From the NCBI GenBank assembly GCA_035547275.1, contig DASZVQ010000079.1, forward strand, positions 25,653 to 89,652: 64,000 nucleotides of DNA. Direction: 5' to 3'. The notes under the pieces are model-generated. The model did no database searches and was not told where the DNA came from. It was given only the letters and a program-made list of their open reading frames with translations. Shown piece after piece: positions 40,450 to 50,810 of this stretch. Both the position numbers and the translations under genes were made by a program. Within the stretch, counting starts at the first letter, position 1. The number at the start of each line of letters is the position of its first letter. Origin of the DNA: Rhizomicrobium sp. GTDB taxonomy: Bacteria; Pseudomonadota; Alphaproteobacteria; Micropepsales; Micropepsaceae.

Positions 40450-41332
40450 AACTGTCGATCCCCGTTTTGTCGATATCGATAGCTGGCCCGCCGCGCTTGC
40501 CGTCGAAGCCATGCTGGATGGGCAACTGTCGGCCGTCGCTTCCCTCTACAGCCAGATCGGGGCGATTGCCGCTGCCGGCGATGCCGCTGCGACCCGCCTC
40601 TGCAAGGGTGGACGGCTGGTTTATGTGGGCGCCGGAACCTCTGGCCGGATTGCGGTACAGGATGGGGTTGAGCTGTCGCCGACCTATGATTGGCCGGAAA
40701 ATCGGCTGGTCTTCGCGCTGGCCGGCGGTATGCCGGCACTTTCGGAAAGTGTCGAAGGCGCGGAAGACGATCGCAATGACGCGATTGCCCAAATCAAGGG
40801 CGCGGCGGTTTCCGTGAACGATGTCGTGATTGGCGTTGCGGCAAGCGGGCATACGCCATTCACCGTGGCGGCCATTCAGCAGGCCAGGGCGGATGGCGCG
40901 CTGACCATCGGCGTGGCCAACAATGCCGGCACCCCCCTTCTGCTGGAGGCGGAACACGGCTTGCTGGCGGATACCGGAAGCGAGCTGATCGCCGGGTCGA
41001 CCCGCATGAAGGCGGGCACGGCACAGAAAGCCCTTTTGAACATCTTGTCCACCGTCATCATGTTGCGCTGCGGGCTGATCTACAAAGGCCTGATGGTCAA
41101 CATGCGTGTCTCCAATGTGAAGCTGGAGGCGCGTGCGCGATCCATCATTCAGCAGATTACTGGTGTGGATGCCGGCACGGCTGATGCCGCCATGAAACGG
41201 GCGGACGGTTCGATCAAGAAAGCGGTTCTGATCGCATCGGGGCTCGGTCCCGATCAAGCGGAAGAACTGTTGCGGCAAAATGGAGAAAATCTGCGCGCCG
41301 CCCTGTCGCAGCATTCTTCCATGGGAGTGTAG
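40439..41332 (+). CDS. murQ: N-acetylmuramic acid 6-phosphate etherase
   Basis: GRLVYVGAGTSGRI, EGAEDD, GVAASGHTP, GSTRMKAGTAQK, N.KL..RA. Confidence 0.94.
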   Translation: MRTETVDPRFVDIDSWPAALAVEAMLDGQLSAVASLYSQIGAIAAAGDAAATRLCKGGRLVYVGAGTSGRIAVQDGVELSPTYDWPENRLVFALAGGMPALSESVEGAEDDRNDAIAQIKGAAVSVNDVVIGVAASGHTPFTVAAIQQARADGALTIGVANNAGTPLLLEAEHGLLADTGSELIAGSTRMKAGTAQKALLNILSTVIMLRCGLIYKGLMVNMRVSNVKLEARARSIIQQITGVDAGTADAAMKRADGSIKKAVLIASGLGPDQAEELLRQNGENLRAALSQHSSMGV

Positions 41333-41333
41333 G

Positions 41334-42071
41334 ATGCGCGATAAGCTGGTTTCGCGAGATGATGATCGCACGCCTTTGTACATTCAACTGGCGAAGAATC
41401 TGCGCCGGCATATCAGCGATGGCGGGATAGATCCGGGGAACGCGCTTCCGTCCGAGCGCGATCTCAGCGAAATGACCGGGGTGTCGCGGGTCACGATCCG
41501 CAAGGCCATCGATCAGCTGATCGATGAAGGGCTGTTGTTTCGCAAGCAGGGGCTGGGGACCTTTGTTTCTCCCCGCATCGAGGCCACCAGTTCAACACTG
41601 AGCAGCTTCAGCGACGATGCGCTGCGCCGCGGGGAGATGCCGGGCGTGATCTGGATGTTCAAGACTTATGCGGCGCCGACGGAAGAGGAAGCCGCGGCGC
41701 TTGAAATTTCGTCAAAGACGGAAGTGGCGCGGCTGGGGCGTGTTCGCCTTTTGGGGGGCGAGCCCCTGGCGATCGAGCACGCCGTTGTTGTTGCCAGGTT
41801 TCTGCCCGCGCTCGATCAGCTGGGAGAATCCCTTTACGCCACGCTTGAGAAGGGCGGGCATCGCCCGGTCACGGGGCGCCAGCGCATCCGGGCTTCCCTG
41901 GCGACGCCAACGGAGGCAGGGATACTTTCGATCGCCGAGAATTCGGAAATCCTGCGGATCGAGCGTTTAACGAGACTGGCGGACGGCACGCCGGTGGAAT
42001 TCACGCGTTCGGCCTATCGCGGTGATCGCTATGACTTTGTAAGCGATCTGAGCACGAAGCCGCAGGAGTGA
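41334..42071 (+). CDS. GntR/HutC (UTRA) regulator, NagQ-like
   Basis: PLYIQL, LPSERDL..GVSRVTIRKAI, GTFV, C-terminal UTRA domain (EFTRSAYRGDRY). Confidence 0.92.
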   Translation: MRDKLVSRDDDRTPLYIQLAKNLRRHISDGGIDPGNALPSERDLSEMTGVSRVTIRKAIDQLIDEGLLFRKQGLGTFVSPRIEATSSTLSSFSDDALRRGEMPGVIWMFKTYAAPTEEEAAALEISSKTEVARLGRVRLLGGEPLAIEHAVVVARFLPALDQLGESLYATLEKGGHRPVTGRQRIRASLATPTEAGILSIAENSEILRIERLTRLADGTPVEFTRSAYRGDRYDFVSDLSTKPQE

Positions 42072-42090
42072 TTTCGCCGCCAAATTCGCA

Positions 42091-43668
42091 TCAATGTCCC
42101 ATATGGACCGGCCCGCCCAGCTTGACCTTGCGCAAAGTCAAGGCCAGCGGCACGGCGGCCAGCGAGATCGCCATCAGCACCCAGAAGACATCCACATAGC
42201 CGAGATACAAGGCCTGGGCCTGCACCTGCTGGCCCATCCAGCCTATCGCCTGTTGTTGTGCCTGGGCCAGCGAGCTGCCCTGCGCCATGAAGAAGCCGGT
42301 GATCTGAGACATGGCGCCCTGGAACTGCGGACTTGAGGGGATGGCGTGCTCGATCAGGCGGCTCTGATGGAACTGCTCGCGATGGGCCAGGATGTTGGAG
42401 ACGACCGAGATGCCGATCGAGCCGCCCGTGTTGCGCGCCGCGGTCATCAGGGCGGAAGCCTGGTCGGTCTTGCCAGCCGGCAAGCCGTCATAGGACGCGG
42501 CCATGATCGGCACGAAGATCAGGGGAAGCCCGGCGCCAAGCAGAAACCGCGAACGCGCGAAGAACCAGAAGCCGAGATCGCCATAGATGTCCGTCAGCCC
42601 ATACATGGACAGCGCGCAAAACATCGCGCCGGTGGCGATCAGATATTTTGGCTGGATTTTGCCCGACAGACGGGCGACCACGCCCATCATCATGATCGTG
42701 ATCAGGCCGCCGGGCGATAGCACCAGCCCAGCCCAGGTGGCGGTGTAGCCGAAACCCTGCTGGACGAGTTGCGGCAGGAACTGGGTGGTTGCCAGAAGGA
42801 TGGCGCCGGTCGCCATCATGACCAGGAAGCTCGCCCCGAACTGGCGCGTCGCCAGCATGCGCATGTCCACCACCGGATGCCGATGCCGCATTTCCCAGGG
42901 GATCATCAGCGCGAAAGCGAGCGCGGAGGCCGCCGCCGTTTTGACGATGAAGGAAGACGAGAACCAATCGTCTTCCAGCCCGCGGTCCAGCATCAGCTCG
43001 AGCGCACCCAGGAAGGTGGCGACGAGCGCGAAGCCGACAAAGTCGAATCTGCTGACGGGCTCTCGCCGCGCCGTGGCGGGCGCCTCGCGCAGGACCATGG
43101 CGATTGCCGCCGTCATGAAGATGCCGACCGGCACATTGATGAGGAAACACCAGGTCCAACCGATATTGTCCGCCAGCCAGCCGCCCAGCGTCGGTCCCAC
43201 GATGGGGGCCACCACGACCGCGACACCGAAGAGCGCGAAGCCCTGGCCGCGCTTCTCGGGCGGGAAGGCATCGGCCAAAATGGACTGCGCCACAGGCACC
43301 ATGCCGCCGCCCGCCAGGCCCTGGAGAAGGCGGAAGGTCAGCATCATCTGAAGGTTCGTGGACAAGCCGCACATCAGTGAGCTGAACGTGAACAGCACCA
43401 GGCAGAGAAGAAAGAAATTCTTGCGGCCGAGGCGGCTGGCGAGAAATCCGGTGGCGGTGACGATGACGGCGTTGGCGACCAGATAGGTCGTGACCACCCA
43501 CGAGGCCTCGTCCACGCTCACGCCCATGCCGCCCCCGATATAGGGCAGCACCACATTGGCGATGGTGGAATCGAGCGTCTCCATGAAGGAGGCGCCCGCC
43601 ACCAGAAGCGCGATCAGCCAGGGATTGGTTGTGGCCGCCGTCGTGTCGCTTGCCCGCGCGTCGCTCAT
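42091..43668 (-). CDS. DHA2 MFS efflux permease
   Basis: METLDSTIANV, RLLQGLAGG, GPTLGGWLAD..GWTWCFLINVP. Confidence 0.92.
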   Translation of the reverse strand: MSDARASDTTAATTNPWLIALLVAGASFMETLDSTIANVVLPYIGGGMGVSVDEASWVVTTYLVANAVIVTATGFLASRLGRKNFFLLCLVLFTFSSLMCGLSTNLQMMLTFRLLQGLAGGGMVPVAQSILADAFPPEKRGQGFALFGVAVVVAPIVGPTLGGWLADNIGWTWCFLINVPVGIFMTAAIAMVLREAPATARREPVSRFDFVGFALVATFLGALELMLDRGLEDDWFSSSFIVKTAAASALAFALMIPWEMRHRHPVVDMRMLATRQFGASFLVMMATGAILLATTQFLPQLVQQGFGYTATWAGLVLSPGGLITIMMMGVVARLSGKIQPKYLIATGAMFCALSMYGLTDIYGDLGFWFFARSRFLLGAGLPLIFVPIMAASYDGLPAGKTDQASALMTAARNTGGSIGISVVSNILAHREQFHQSRLIEHAIPSSPQFQGAMSQITGFFMAQGSSLAQAQQQAIGWMGQQVQAQALYLGYVDVFWVLMAISLAAVPLALTLRKVKLGGPVHMGH

Positions 43669-44816
43669 ATCCAGGCCTCCAGCCTCTCCAGAAGCGACGG
43701 GCTTGGATCGACGCGCACAATCGGCGACACGGACATGCCGGGCCCCAGGGTGACGTCCCTGGGCAGATCGTCAATCGTGATCTTCACCGGCACGCGCTGG
43801 ACGATCTTGACATAGTTTCCGGTCGCGTTTTCCGCGGGAAGCAGCGAAAAGGCGGTGCCCGAGCCGGCCTGGACACTCGCGACGTGACCCACGAGCGCGC
43901 GTTCCGGATAGGCATCGACATGCAAGCGCACGGCGTCGCCTGGCCGCATCCGATCGAGCTGGATTTCCTTGAAATTGGCGTTCACCCAGGTCTCCTGCCG
44001 CGGCACGAAGCTGCTGATGGCCGTGCCGGCCGAGACGAACTGGCCGACGGCGGCGGAGAGATTGGTGACGCGGCCGGCCTGGGCCGCGGTGATCACGGTA
44101 TAGGAGAGGTTCAGCCTGGCCTGGTCGCGTTGGGCAATGGCGTTGGCGAGATTGGCCTCGGCGGTGCCGCGCTGCGCGATGAGTGCCGCGACCTGCCGCT
44201 CGGCCGCGGTGACGCCCGCCCGCGCGGTGTCCAGACCAGCCCGCTGCTGGAGCAGGGCGGTGTCGTTCTGCTGCGCGGTCTGGAGCGCAATGGCGTTCTC
44301 GCGCGCCAGCCTGTCGTAACGCTTGGCCTGGATGTCGGCAAAAGCCACGCCCGCCTTGTTCTGTTCGACCTGCGCCTGGCTTTGGACAACCTGGGCCTTC
44401 TGCACCTGGACCTGCGCATCGATATTGGCGATGGCTGTTCGGGCCGCCGCCACTTGTGCCTCCGCCTCCGCCAGCGCGGTGCGGTAATCGCGGTCGTCAA
44501 TGCGGGCGATCACTTGCCCCGCCACGACAGGCTGATTGTCGGTGACGGAAACCGCGATGAGGTAGCCGGGGACTTTGGGCGCGATTGAGAACTGGCGCGA
44601 GGCGATGAACGCGTCGTCGGTTGTCTCGTATCGCCGCGCATTGTCCCAATAGAGCAGGCCGCCGCCCGCGGCCGCCACGAGCAGCAGCGCCGCGACGGAG
44701 GCCCGCAGCAGGGTTCTGGCGCGCCGGGGCCTGCCCTTGACGGGGGCGTTTGCGGGCCGGCCCGGTATCCGCTCCTCCCGCAGGAGCAATGTGGTCGTTG
44801 CGATATTGGCCGCCAT
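43665..44816 (-). CDS. HlyD/EmrA family membrane fusion protein
   Basis: TTDDAF, ANFKEIQ, FSLLPAENATGNYVKIVQRVPV. Confidence 0.92.
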   Translation of the reverse strand: MAANIATTTLLLREERIPGRPANAPVKGRPRRARTLLRASVAALLLVAAAGGGLLYWDNARRYETTDDAFIASRQFSIAPKVPGYLIAVSVTDNQPVVAGQVIARIDDRDYRTALAEAEAQVAAARTAIANIDAQVQVQKAQVVQSQAQVEQNKAGVAFADIQAKRYDRLARENAIALQTAQQNDTALLQQRAGLDTARAGVTAAERQVAALIAQRGTAEANLANAIAQRDQARLNLSYTVITAAQAGRVTNLSAAVGQFVSAGTAISSFVPRQETWVNANFKEIQLDRMRPGDAVRLHVDAYPERALVGHVASVQAGSGTAFSLLPAENATGNYVKIVQRVPVKITIDDLPRDVTLGPGMSVSPIVRVDPSPSLLERLEAWI

Positions 44817-44833
44817 GATGGCCTCCCCAATTA

Positions 44834-44954
44834 GTTAGGAGCCATACAAATATGTTAGGAGCCTAATCATGTCAATGCTCATATGGCCGCCAGCCATGCG
44901 GATCGTGGATAGCAGCCAGGGGATTGACGCATATAGTTAGGAGCCATACTATAT
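44834..44954. promoter_or_regulatory. Three GTTAGGAGCC(A)TA MarR-type operators overlapping divergent promoters
   Basis: Copies at 44834, 44854 and 44936; the third lies inside TTGACG (44924)-N17-TACTAT (44947). Confidence 0.7.
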
Positions 44955-44983
44955 AATGTCATGAACCAAGCCGGACTCCTTCG

Positions 44984-45532
44984 TTGAGCACACCCAAGCG
45001 GCCTCAGCTTCCCCCGGAACCACCGCCCGCGGTGCTGGCGGCCATGCGCAGCCGGCTTTCAGAGCGGGAACAGCTGATGCTTGGCACCATATTCGCCGTC
45101 CGCGCCGCCGCGCAGCAGATGGACAACACCGTCTGCGAATGGATGGCCGACACGGCGGCAACACCGGCGCGGTTTCAGGTCCTGATGCAGCTGTGGGCGG
45201 CCAAGGGCCATGGCGTGGCGCAAAAAGATATCGCCGCGAACATGGGGGTCACACGCGCCACGGTGTCTGGTCTGATCGCCGCCATGGAACGCGACGGCCT
45301 GGTCTCATCCGTCGTGGCCGACAATGATCGCCGCAGCCAGCTTGCAAGCCTGACGCGCAAGGGTGAAACCACCGTGGAAAAAGCGATCGAGACCAACAAG
45401 GCCATGCTGCGCAAGGTTTTCACGACCCTGTCTTCGGAAGACTTGACCATCCTGACAACGCTGTTGACGCGTGTCCGCCAGAGCTTTTCGGCAGGCCAGG
45501 ATGGCGTGGCAGGTCGCGATAGAAAGCCATGA
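44984..45532 (+). CDS. MarR family transcriptional regulator
   Basis: TPARFQVLMQL, DIAANMGVTRATVSGLI..MERDGLV, DRRS..ASLT.KG. TTG start uncertain. Confidence 0.9.
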   Translation: MSTPKRPQLPPEPPPAVLAAMRSRLSEREQLMLGTIFAVRAAAQQMDNTVCEWMADTAATPARFQVLMQLWAAKGHGVAQKDIAANMGVTRATVSGLIAAMERDGLVSSVVADNDRRSQLASLTRKGETTVEKAIETNKAMLRKVFTTLSSEDLTILTTLLTRVRQSFSAGQDGVAGRDRKP

Positions 45533-45788
45533 TGCCAAGAGGCAGCACGCAGAGAGGCAGCCTCATTCTCAGCGGACTTTTATCGTCCATCGAATGAACC
45601 GCCGAGATCCGGCGGCTTGCCAAGCCCTGGAACACACGATCCGCCCCGGCTGCCAGACCTATCCAAAGATGACGCAATAAAGAACAAAATCCCTATGAAA
45701 ATCTCCTGGGGGCCAGGCTTTGGATCAACCATTTGTTTGAAAAGGCATTTGAGTTGAAATTCCATGGTGTTCCGCTCAGACTGGCGGG

Positions 45789-46388
45789 ATGGGGAGCAGT
45801 TTACGGGACCGAAGCATATGGCTTGCCAGGCATGTCTTACCGCATGAACCGCTGCTGCGGGCCAAGCTTCGAACAATTCCCGTCTATGATCTGGATGTAG
45901 AGGACATCATACAGGAGACATATACCCGGATGCTCTCTGTCCCTTCGCTGGAATCAATTCGGCATCCCAAGCAGTATGCACTTCTGACATCGAGAGCGGT
46001 CATTATTGATCACATGCGGCAATCGCGCGTGGTTTCCATCGTGTCCGGCGATCAGTTCGAGTCTTTGGATGTTGCCGAACCATCCGCCAGCGTTGAGCGG
46101 CGCCTCGAAATTCGAGATGAAGTGCGCGAAGTTGCGGACGCCCTGGCAAAGTTGCCCAAGCTGTGCCGTGAAATCCTCATTCTCCGGCGCGTGGAGGGCG
46201 TCTCTCAGAGAGATGTCGCCAAGCGCCTGGCAATTAGCGAAAAGACCGTCGAAAAGCACATGACAACCGGTATCCGGCGGCTGGTGAAGCTTTTTGGTCG
46301 CGGGGGGAAAGCTCGTTCGGGCCCGTCTTATAATCAAACCGAGACCACCTCCGAAGGTCTTCGCGCTGAAAATGATGCCGACCAGTGA
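45789..46388 (+). CDS. ECF sigma factor (FecI-like)
   Basis: EDIIQETY region 2, LP.LCREILILRRVEG.SQRDVAKRLAISEKTVEKHM region 4; upstream of fecR. Confidence 0.9.
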   Translation: MGSSLRDRSIWLARHVLPHEPLLRAKLRTIPVYDLDVEDIIQETYTRMLSVPSLESIRHPKQYALLTSRAVIIDHMRQSRVVSIVSGDQFESLDVAEPSASVERRLEIRDEVREVADALAKLPKLCREILILRRVEGVSQRDVAKRLAISEKTVEKHMTTGIRRLVKLFGRGGKARSGPSYNQTETTSEGLRAENDADQ

Positions 46389-47367
46389 AGACATAGACCG
46401 CCAGGCTGCGGAATGGGCCGCCCGGAAAGATCTGGGGACGCTGAGCCCCGAGGATGAGCGTGCATTTGAGGCGTGGCTCGCTGGCGATCCGCGGGCTCTG
46501 GGTTCTTATTGTAGAGTGGAGGCAGCGCTCTTTCGCGTCGAACGCGCCGGCGGGGTTGCCAAGCCGAATCTCCATGCCACCGATCGCAAGGAAGATGCGC
46601 GCTTTTCGCGGCGTGGCATGTTCGTCGCCGGCGGTGCGGCCGCCAGTATTCTTGCGGGTGCTTTTGGCATGGCATTTTGGAATCACCAGCGGGGCCAGCG
46701 ATTCAACACCCGCATTGGCGAGGTGCGGGAAGTACCCCTTGATGATGGCTCCATCGTTACGCTCAACACCAATTCCGAGGTCGCCGTCAATTATTCGAAG
46801 GAATTGCGTCAGATTCATTTGCTGCGAGGCGAAGCGTTATTTGATGTTGCCAAGAACAGGGCGCGGCCATTCATCGTTCTGGCCGGAGATGCTCAAGTCC
46901 GGGCTGTCGGTACGAGCTTTTCGGTTTCCATACTGCCGCAGCATCCAATTCAGGTGCTGGTGAGGGAGGGCGTGGTCGAACTCAAGCGCGCTGATGCCGC
47001 GGCGCGGGTATTGCCGGTTCGCGTGAGCGCCAATATGCGCGCATTGTCATCGCGCAGCGATCGGATTGTCGCGGCGAGCCTGCCGCAGGAAAATGTCAAG
47101 CGCGATTTGGCATGGCAGTATGGGCAGATCGCGTTCGATAACGAGACCCTCCGCGATGCGGCCGATGAATTTGCCCGATACAGCGAAGTGCGCATTATCG
47201 TGGACCCGGCCGTTGGAAGCCGCACGATCACTGGTTTGTTCGCGGCAAGCGATCCCATTGGCTTTGCCAAGCTGGCTGCCGCTGCCCTGGGACTACATCT
47301 GCAGGTCGATGGTGGCGAGGTGAGGATTTCCGCCGAGGCGGATAAAAATACCGTAGGGAAAATTTAA
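46372..47367 (+). CDS. FecR family anti-sigma/sensor
   Basis: QAAEWAAR..F.AWL..DP, TM segment, GEVREVPLDDGS.VTLNTNS, GEALFDVA, VRAVGTSF. Confidence 0.92.
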   Translation: MMPTSEDIDRQAAEWAARKDLGTLSPEDERAFEAWLAGDPRALGSYCRVEAALFRVERAGGVAKPNLHATDRKEDARFSRRGMFVAGGAAASILAGAFGMAFWNHQRGQRFNTRIGEVREVPLDDGSIVTLNTNSEVAVNYSKELRQIHLLRGEALFDVAKNRARPFIVLAGDAQVRAVGTSFSVSILPQHPIQVLVREGVVELKRADAAARVLPVRVSANMRALSSRSDRIVAASLPQENVKRDLAWQYGQIAFDNETLRDAADEFARYSEVRIIVDPAVGSRTITGLFAASDPIGFAKLAAAALGLHLQVDGGEVRISAEADKNTVGKI

Positions 47368-47441
47368 AAAATCGCGTCTTCTGGTCGAGAACCAGGAGAG
47401 GGCAAGCGTCAACCGCCGGAGAGCGGGATTCGGGGGAAAGA

Positions 47442-50400
47442 TTGAAATGCAGAGTTATTTGGGCTGCGCTTAGCGGTGCAATAACTGCCGCATTCCTTTG
47501 TCCGCCTGCAATCGCGCAAGTCGCACGATTCGACGTTCCGGCAGAGGAGGCCGGAAAGTCGCTGCCTGAGCTTGCACGCCAGGCGGGGATTCAGGTCATT
47601 GCGCCGGGCGAAAGGCTGCATGGCGTAATCACGCCTGAAATCAAAGGTGTCTTCGACGTAAATGACGCTCTCAACCTGATGCTCAAGGGGACTGGCCTGA
47701 CGGCCAGCCGTTCGCCGGAGGGGATCGTGATCTCGCTGCGCGAACCTGACAAGAGCGAGGAGCGGGAGCATATGTTGAATCACAAGAATTCTGTTTCACT
47801 TTTGGCGTTTATTCTGGGCGCGTTCGGCAGTGCCCCCGCACTGGCGCAGACAGATTCGCCGATAGCCCAGGCAGACAATCAGCAATCCGTTGAAACGGTG
47901 GTCGTCACAGGTTCGCGGGTCATTACGGATATTTCGAACTCCCCGACCCCATTGACCGTCGTTTCAGCGGATGAACTGGCGCGGACGACTCCGACCGATA
48001 TTCCGGATGCGCTGAACAAGCTGCCGATATTCTTCGGTTCGAACTCACAGCGTTCCTCAAGCAATGCGAACTCCAACTCGGCGGGCAACGTCCTCAATTT
48101 GCGCAACTTTGGCGCCAACCGCACGCTGGTTCTGCTCGACGGCCATCGCGTCGCGCCGTCCAACTTCAATGGAACGGTGGATACCGATGTGCTGCCGCAG
48201 ATGCTGATGCAACGAGTGGACGTGGTTACCGGCGGCGCTTCGGCGGTTTATGGCTCCGACGCCGTAACCGGCGTAGTGAATTTCATCCTGGATACCAAGT
48301 TCGACGGCCTGAAGTATATCGCCAATGCCGGCATATCCACCTATGGCGACGCGGCGGAATACCAGGCCGGCATCGCGGCTGGCACCGATATCTTCGGCGG
48401 CCGCGGCCACCTGGAAGGTTCGCTGCGGTATTACCATCAGGACAAGGTCAACGCTTCGGCCCGGCCCTACGGTTCGGGCGGCCAAGCCTGGTCACGCGCG
48501 GGCGCCGGCACGGCCGCCAGTCCCTATGTGAACATCCAATATGGCCGCCTGCCGCTCCAGCCGGCACAGGGGGGCGTCATCACCTGCTCCGGCTGTGCCG
48601 CCAACAACGAGACGTTCGTCGCCAATGGTGTTCTGGGGCCGTTTGACCCCGGCATACCCACGGCCACGTCCGGCCTGAACAGCGGCGGTGACGGCGGCGG
48701 TTATTTCAACACCGCATCATTCCAGGCTTCCTTGCGGACAGCGGAGGCGTTCGGGCGCGCCAGTTACGATGTGAACGACAATACCACCGCCTATGCCGAA
48801 TTCACCGCATCAGAATCGGGCAATTATGCCGATTGGGCTGCGGCGTCCCTCAACCCCGGCACCGGCCGCGGGAACCAGTTCTACGCCAGCAATGCCTTTT
48901 TGCCGCCCGCGGCACAGGCGGCGCTACAGGCCGGAAACAGGAACAACACCTTCTCCTTTGCGGAGTTTTTCGACACTGTCGGTGGAGGGCCCGCAATAAA
49001 AACGGGAGACGATTTCGGCTCGGGATCTGTCGATCGCAATCTCAACGTGACCACGGGTCTGAATGGCACTGTGCTGGGCAGCTATAGCTGGGACTTGTAT
49101 TACACCCATGGCGAGAGCCGCCAGGAAGGGTATGTCCCGCACAACACCAACATCCAGAGACTCGTGGCGGGCGAGGATGCGGTGCTCAATTCGGCCGGTC
49201 AGGTCGTTTGCAACGTGTCTCTCACACAATATGCCTATCTCTATCCGGGTTGCGTTCCGATCAATCCCTTCGGCCCCAACTCCCTCACGCAGCAACAATT
49301 CAACTATTTCACCAACCGTACCTCCTACGTGGCCACCAATGTCATGGACGATGTCGGGGCCAGCCTCAGCGGCGAGATACCTGGCTTGCCGGCCGGGCTC
49401 ATCAAAGCCGCGCTTTCCGCGGAAGCGCGTTGGCAGAGCCTTGGCGTCCAAAGCAACTTCAACCCCGGAAATCTCCTCGATTGCACAGGCTTGAGACTGT
49501 GCACATCGGGATCGACTGCGCTGTACGACCAGCCGACCGTGGCGCCTGTCAATGCGAGCAACAATGTCTATGAGTTTGCCGGCGAATTGAATGTCCCGCT
49601 GTTGAAGGATTTTTTGCTGGCCCAGAATCTGGATCTCGATCTGGCGGGCCGCTATACCAACTACAGCACCTCGGGCGAGGTGGAGACATGGAAGGTCGGC
49701 CTGGACTATCATGTCAATGACAGCGTGCGGTTTCGCGGCACCACGTCCGTCGATATCCGGGCTCCCAACCTCTACGATCTTTACATGCCGCTGACCGTTA
49801 AAACGGCCGGTTTCCAGGACCTTTTGACAGGCGGCAATTTCAGCGTGGCCAACCGATCGCAGGGCAATCCGCTGCTGACGCCGGAAGTCGCGCATACCTA
49901 CACTGCGGGTATCGTCCTGACCGACTTTTTGCCGGGCTTCACCGCATCGGTTGATTATTATCGCATCAACATGTCGAACGCGATTACGTCACTTAGCGGT
50001 TCGTCTGCCGATATTCAGAACCTTTGCAATCAATCCGGCGGCACGGCGGCTTACTGCGAGCTGATTATCCGGCCGATAAACAATACCAGCACATCGCCGG
50101 CGAATTTTCCCACTGCCTTCCTGACGGCAGAGGTAAACAGCGCCAAGGTTCGCACCGAAGGCACGAACTGAATTACGGTTTCGATATGTCGGATCTCATC
50201 GCCGGCGTTCCCGGTGCCGTCAGTCTGCGTAACCTGACGACGTTTCAACCCTATATCACGACGATCAATTATCCGGGCACGGCGGCCAGTCTCACCTCCA
50301 TGCCCAAGGTGCGCAATACGGCATTCATCGGATACAATGTCGGCGGTTGGGGCCTTAATATCCAGGATACGTGGCTCAGTTCATTCTCGCGCAAGACCCT

Positions 50401-50644
50401 TGAGGCTCAGGTCTATGCGCAGGAGTTCGCCAGCTCATTCAATACGCTCGATATAACAATCGATAAGCAGCTTGTGGCGAACAGCAATGCCCTGGATCTC
50501 TACGTCTCGGTCCAGAATGTCGCCAATGCACAGCCACCGCTGGTTCCGACCACCTCGTCCGCACCGGGCCTTACCTATCCTGTCAACAATGCGGAAAACG
50601 CCATGGGCAGATATTTCATCATCGGTGTCCGCGGTTCTCTCTGA
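47442..50644 (+). pseudogene. TonB-dependent transducer with N-terminal STN signalling domain, frameshifted near 50165
   Basis: Frame 1 ends ...VRTEGTN* at 50171; the barrel continues in another frame from 50165 (ELNYGFD...QNVANAQPP...GRYFIIGVRGSL*) to 50644. Confidence 0.8.
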
Positions 50645-50810
50645 TCAAATCCGCCCATCTGTTCCGCGGCGGATGGTGCCGGATGAGCGCGCAAGCAAGT
50701 TGCCGGCTTCGAGCCATCCCCTGGCGGTTGCTGGTCACTGACCCCATCCAGTCTCTGGATGGGGTCTTTTTGCCACGGGGTTTGATCTGCGCTTTCCTTC
50801 TTCATAGCGA

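Noticed and set aside
50150-50175. Programmed ribosomal frameshift in the TBDR
   Set aside because: No slippery sequence or obvious stimulator, and residues appear to be missing at the junction, which favours a deletion or an assembly error.
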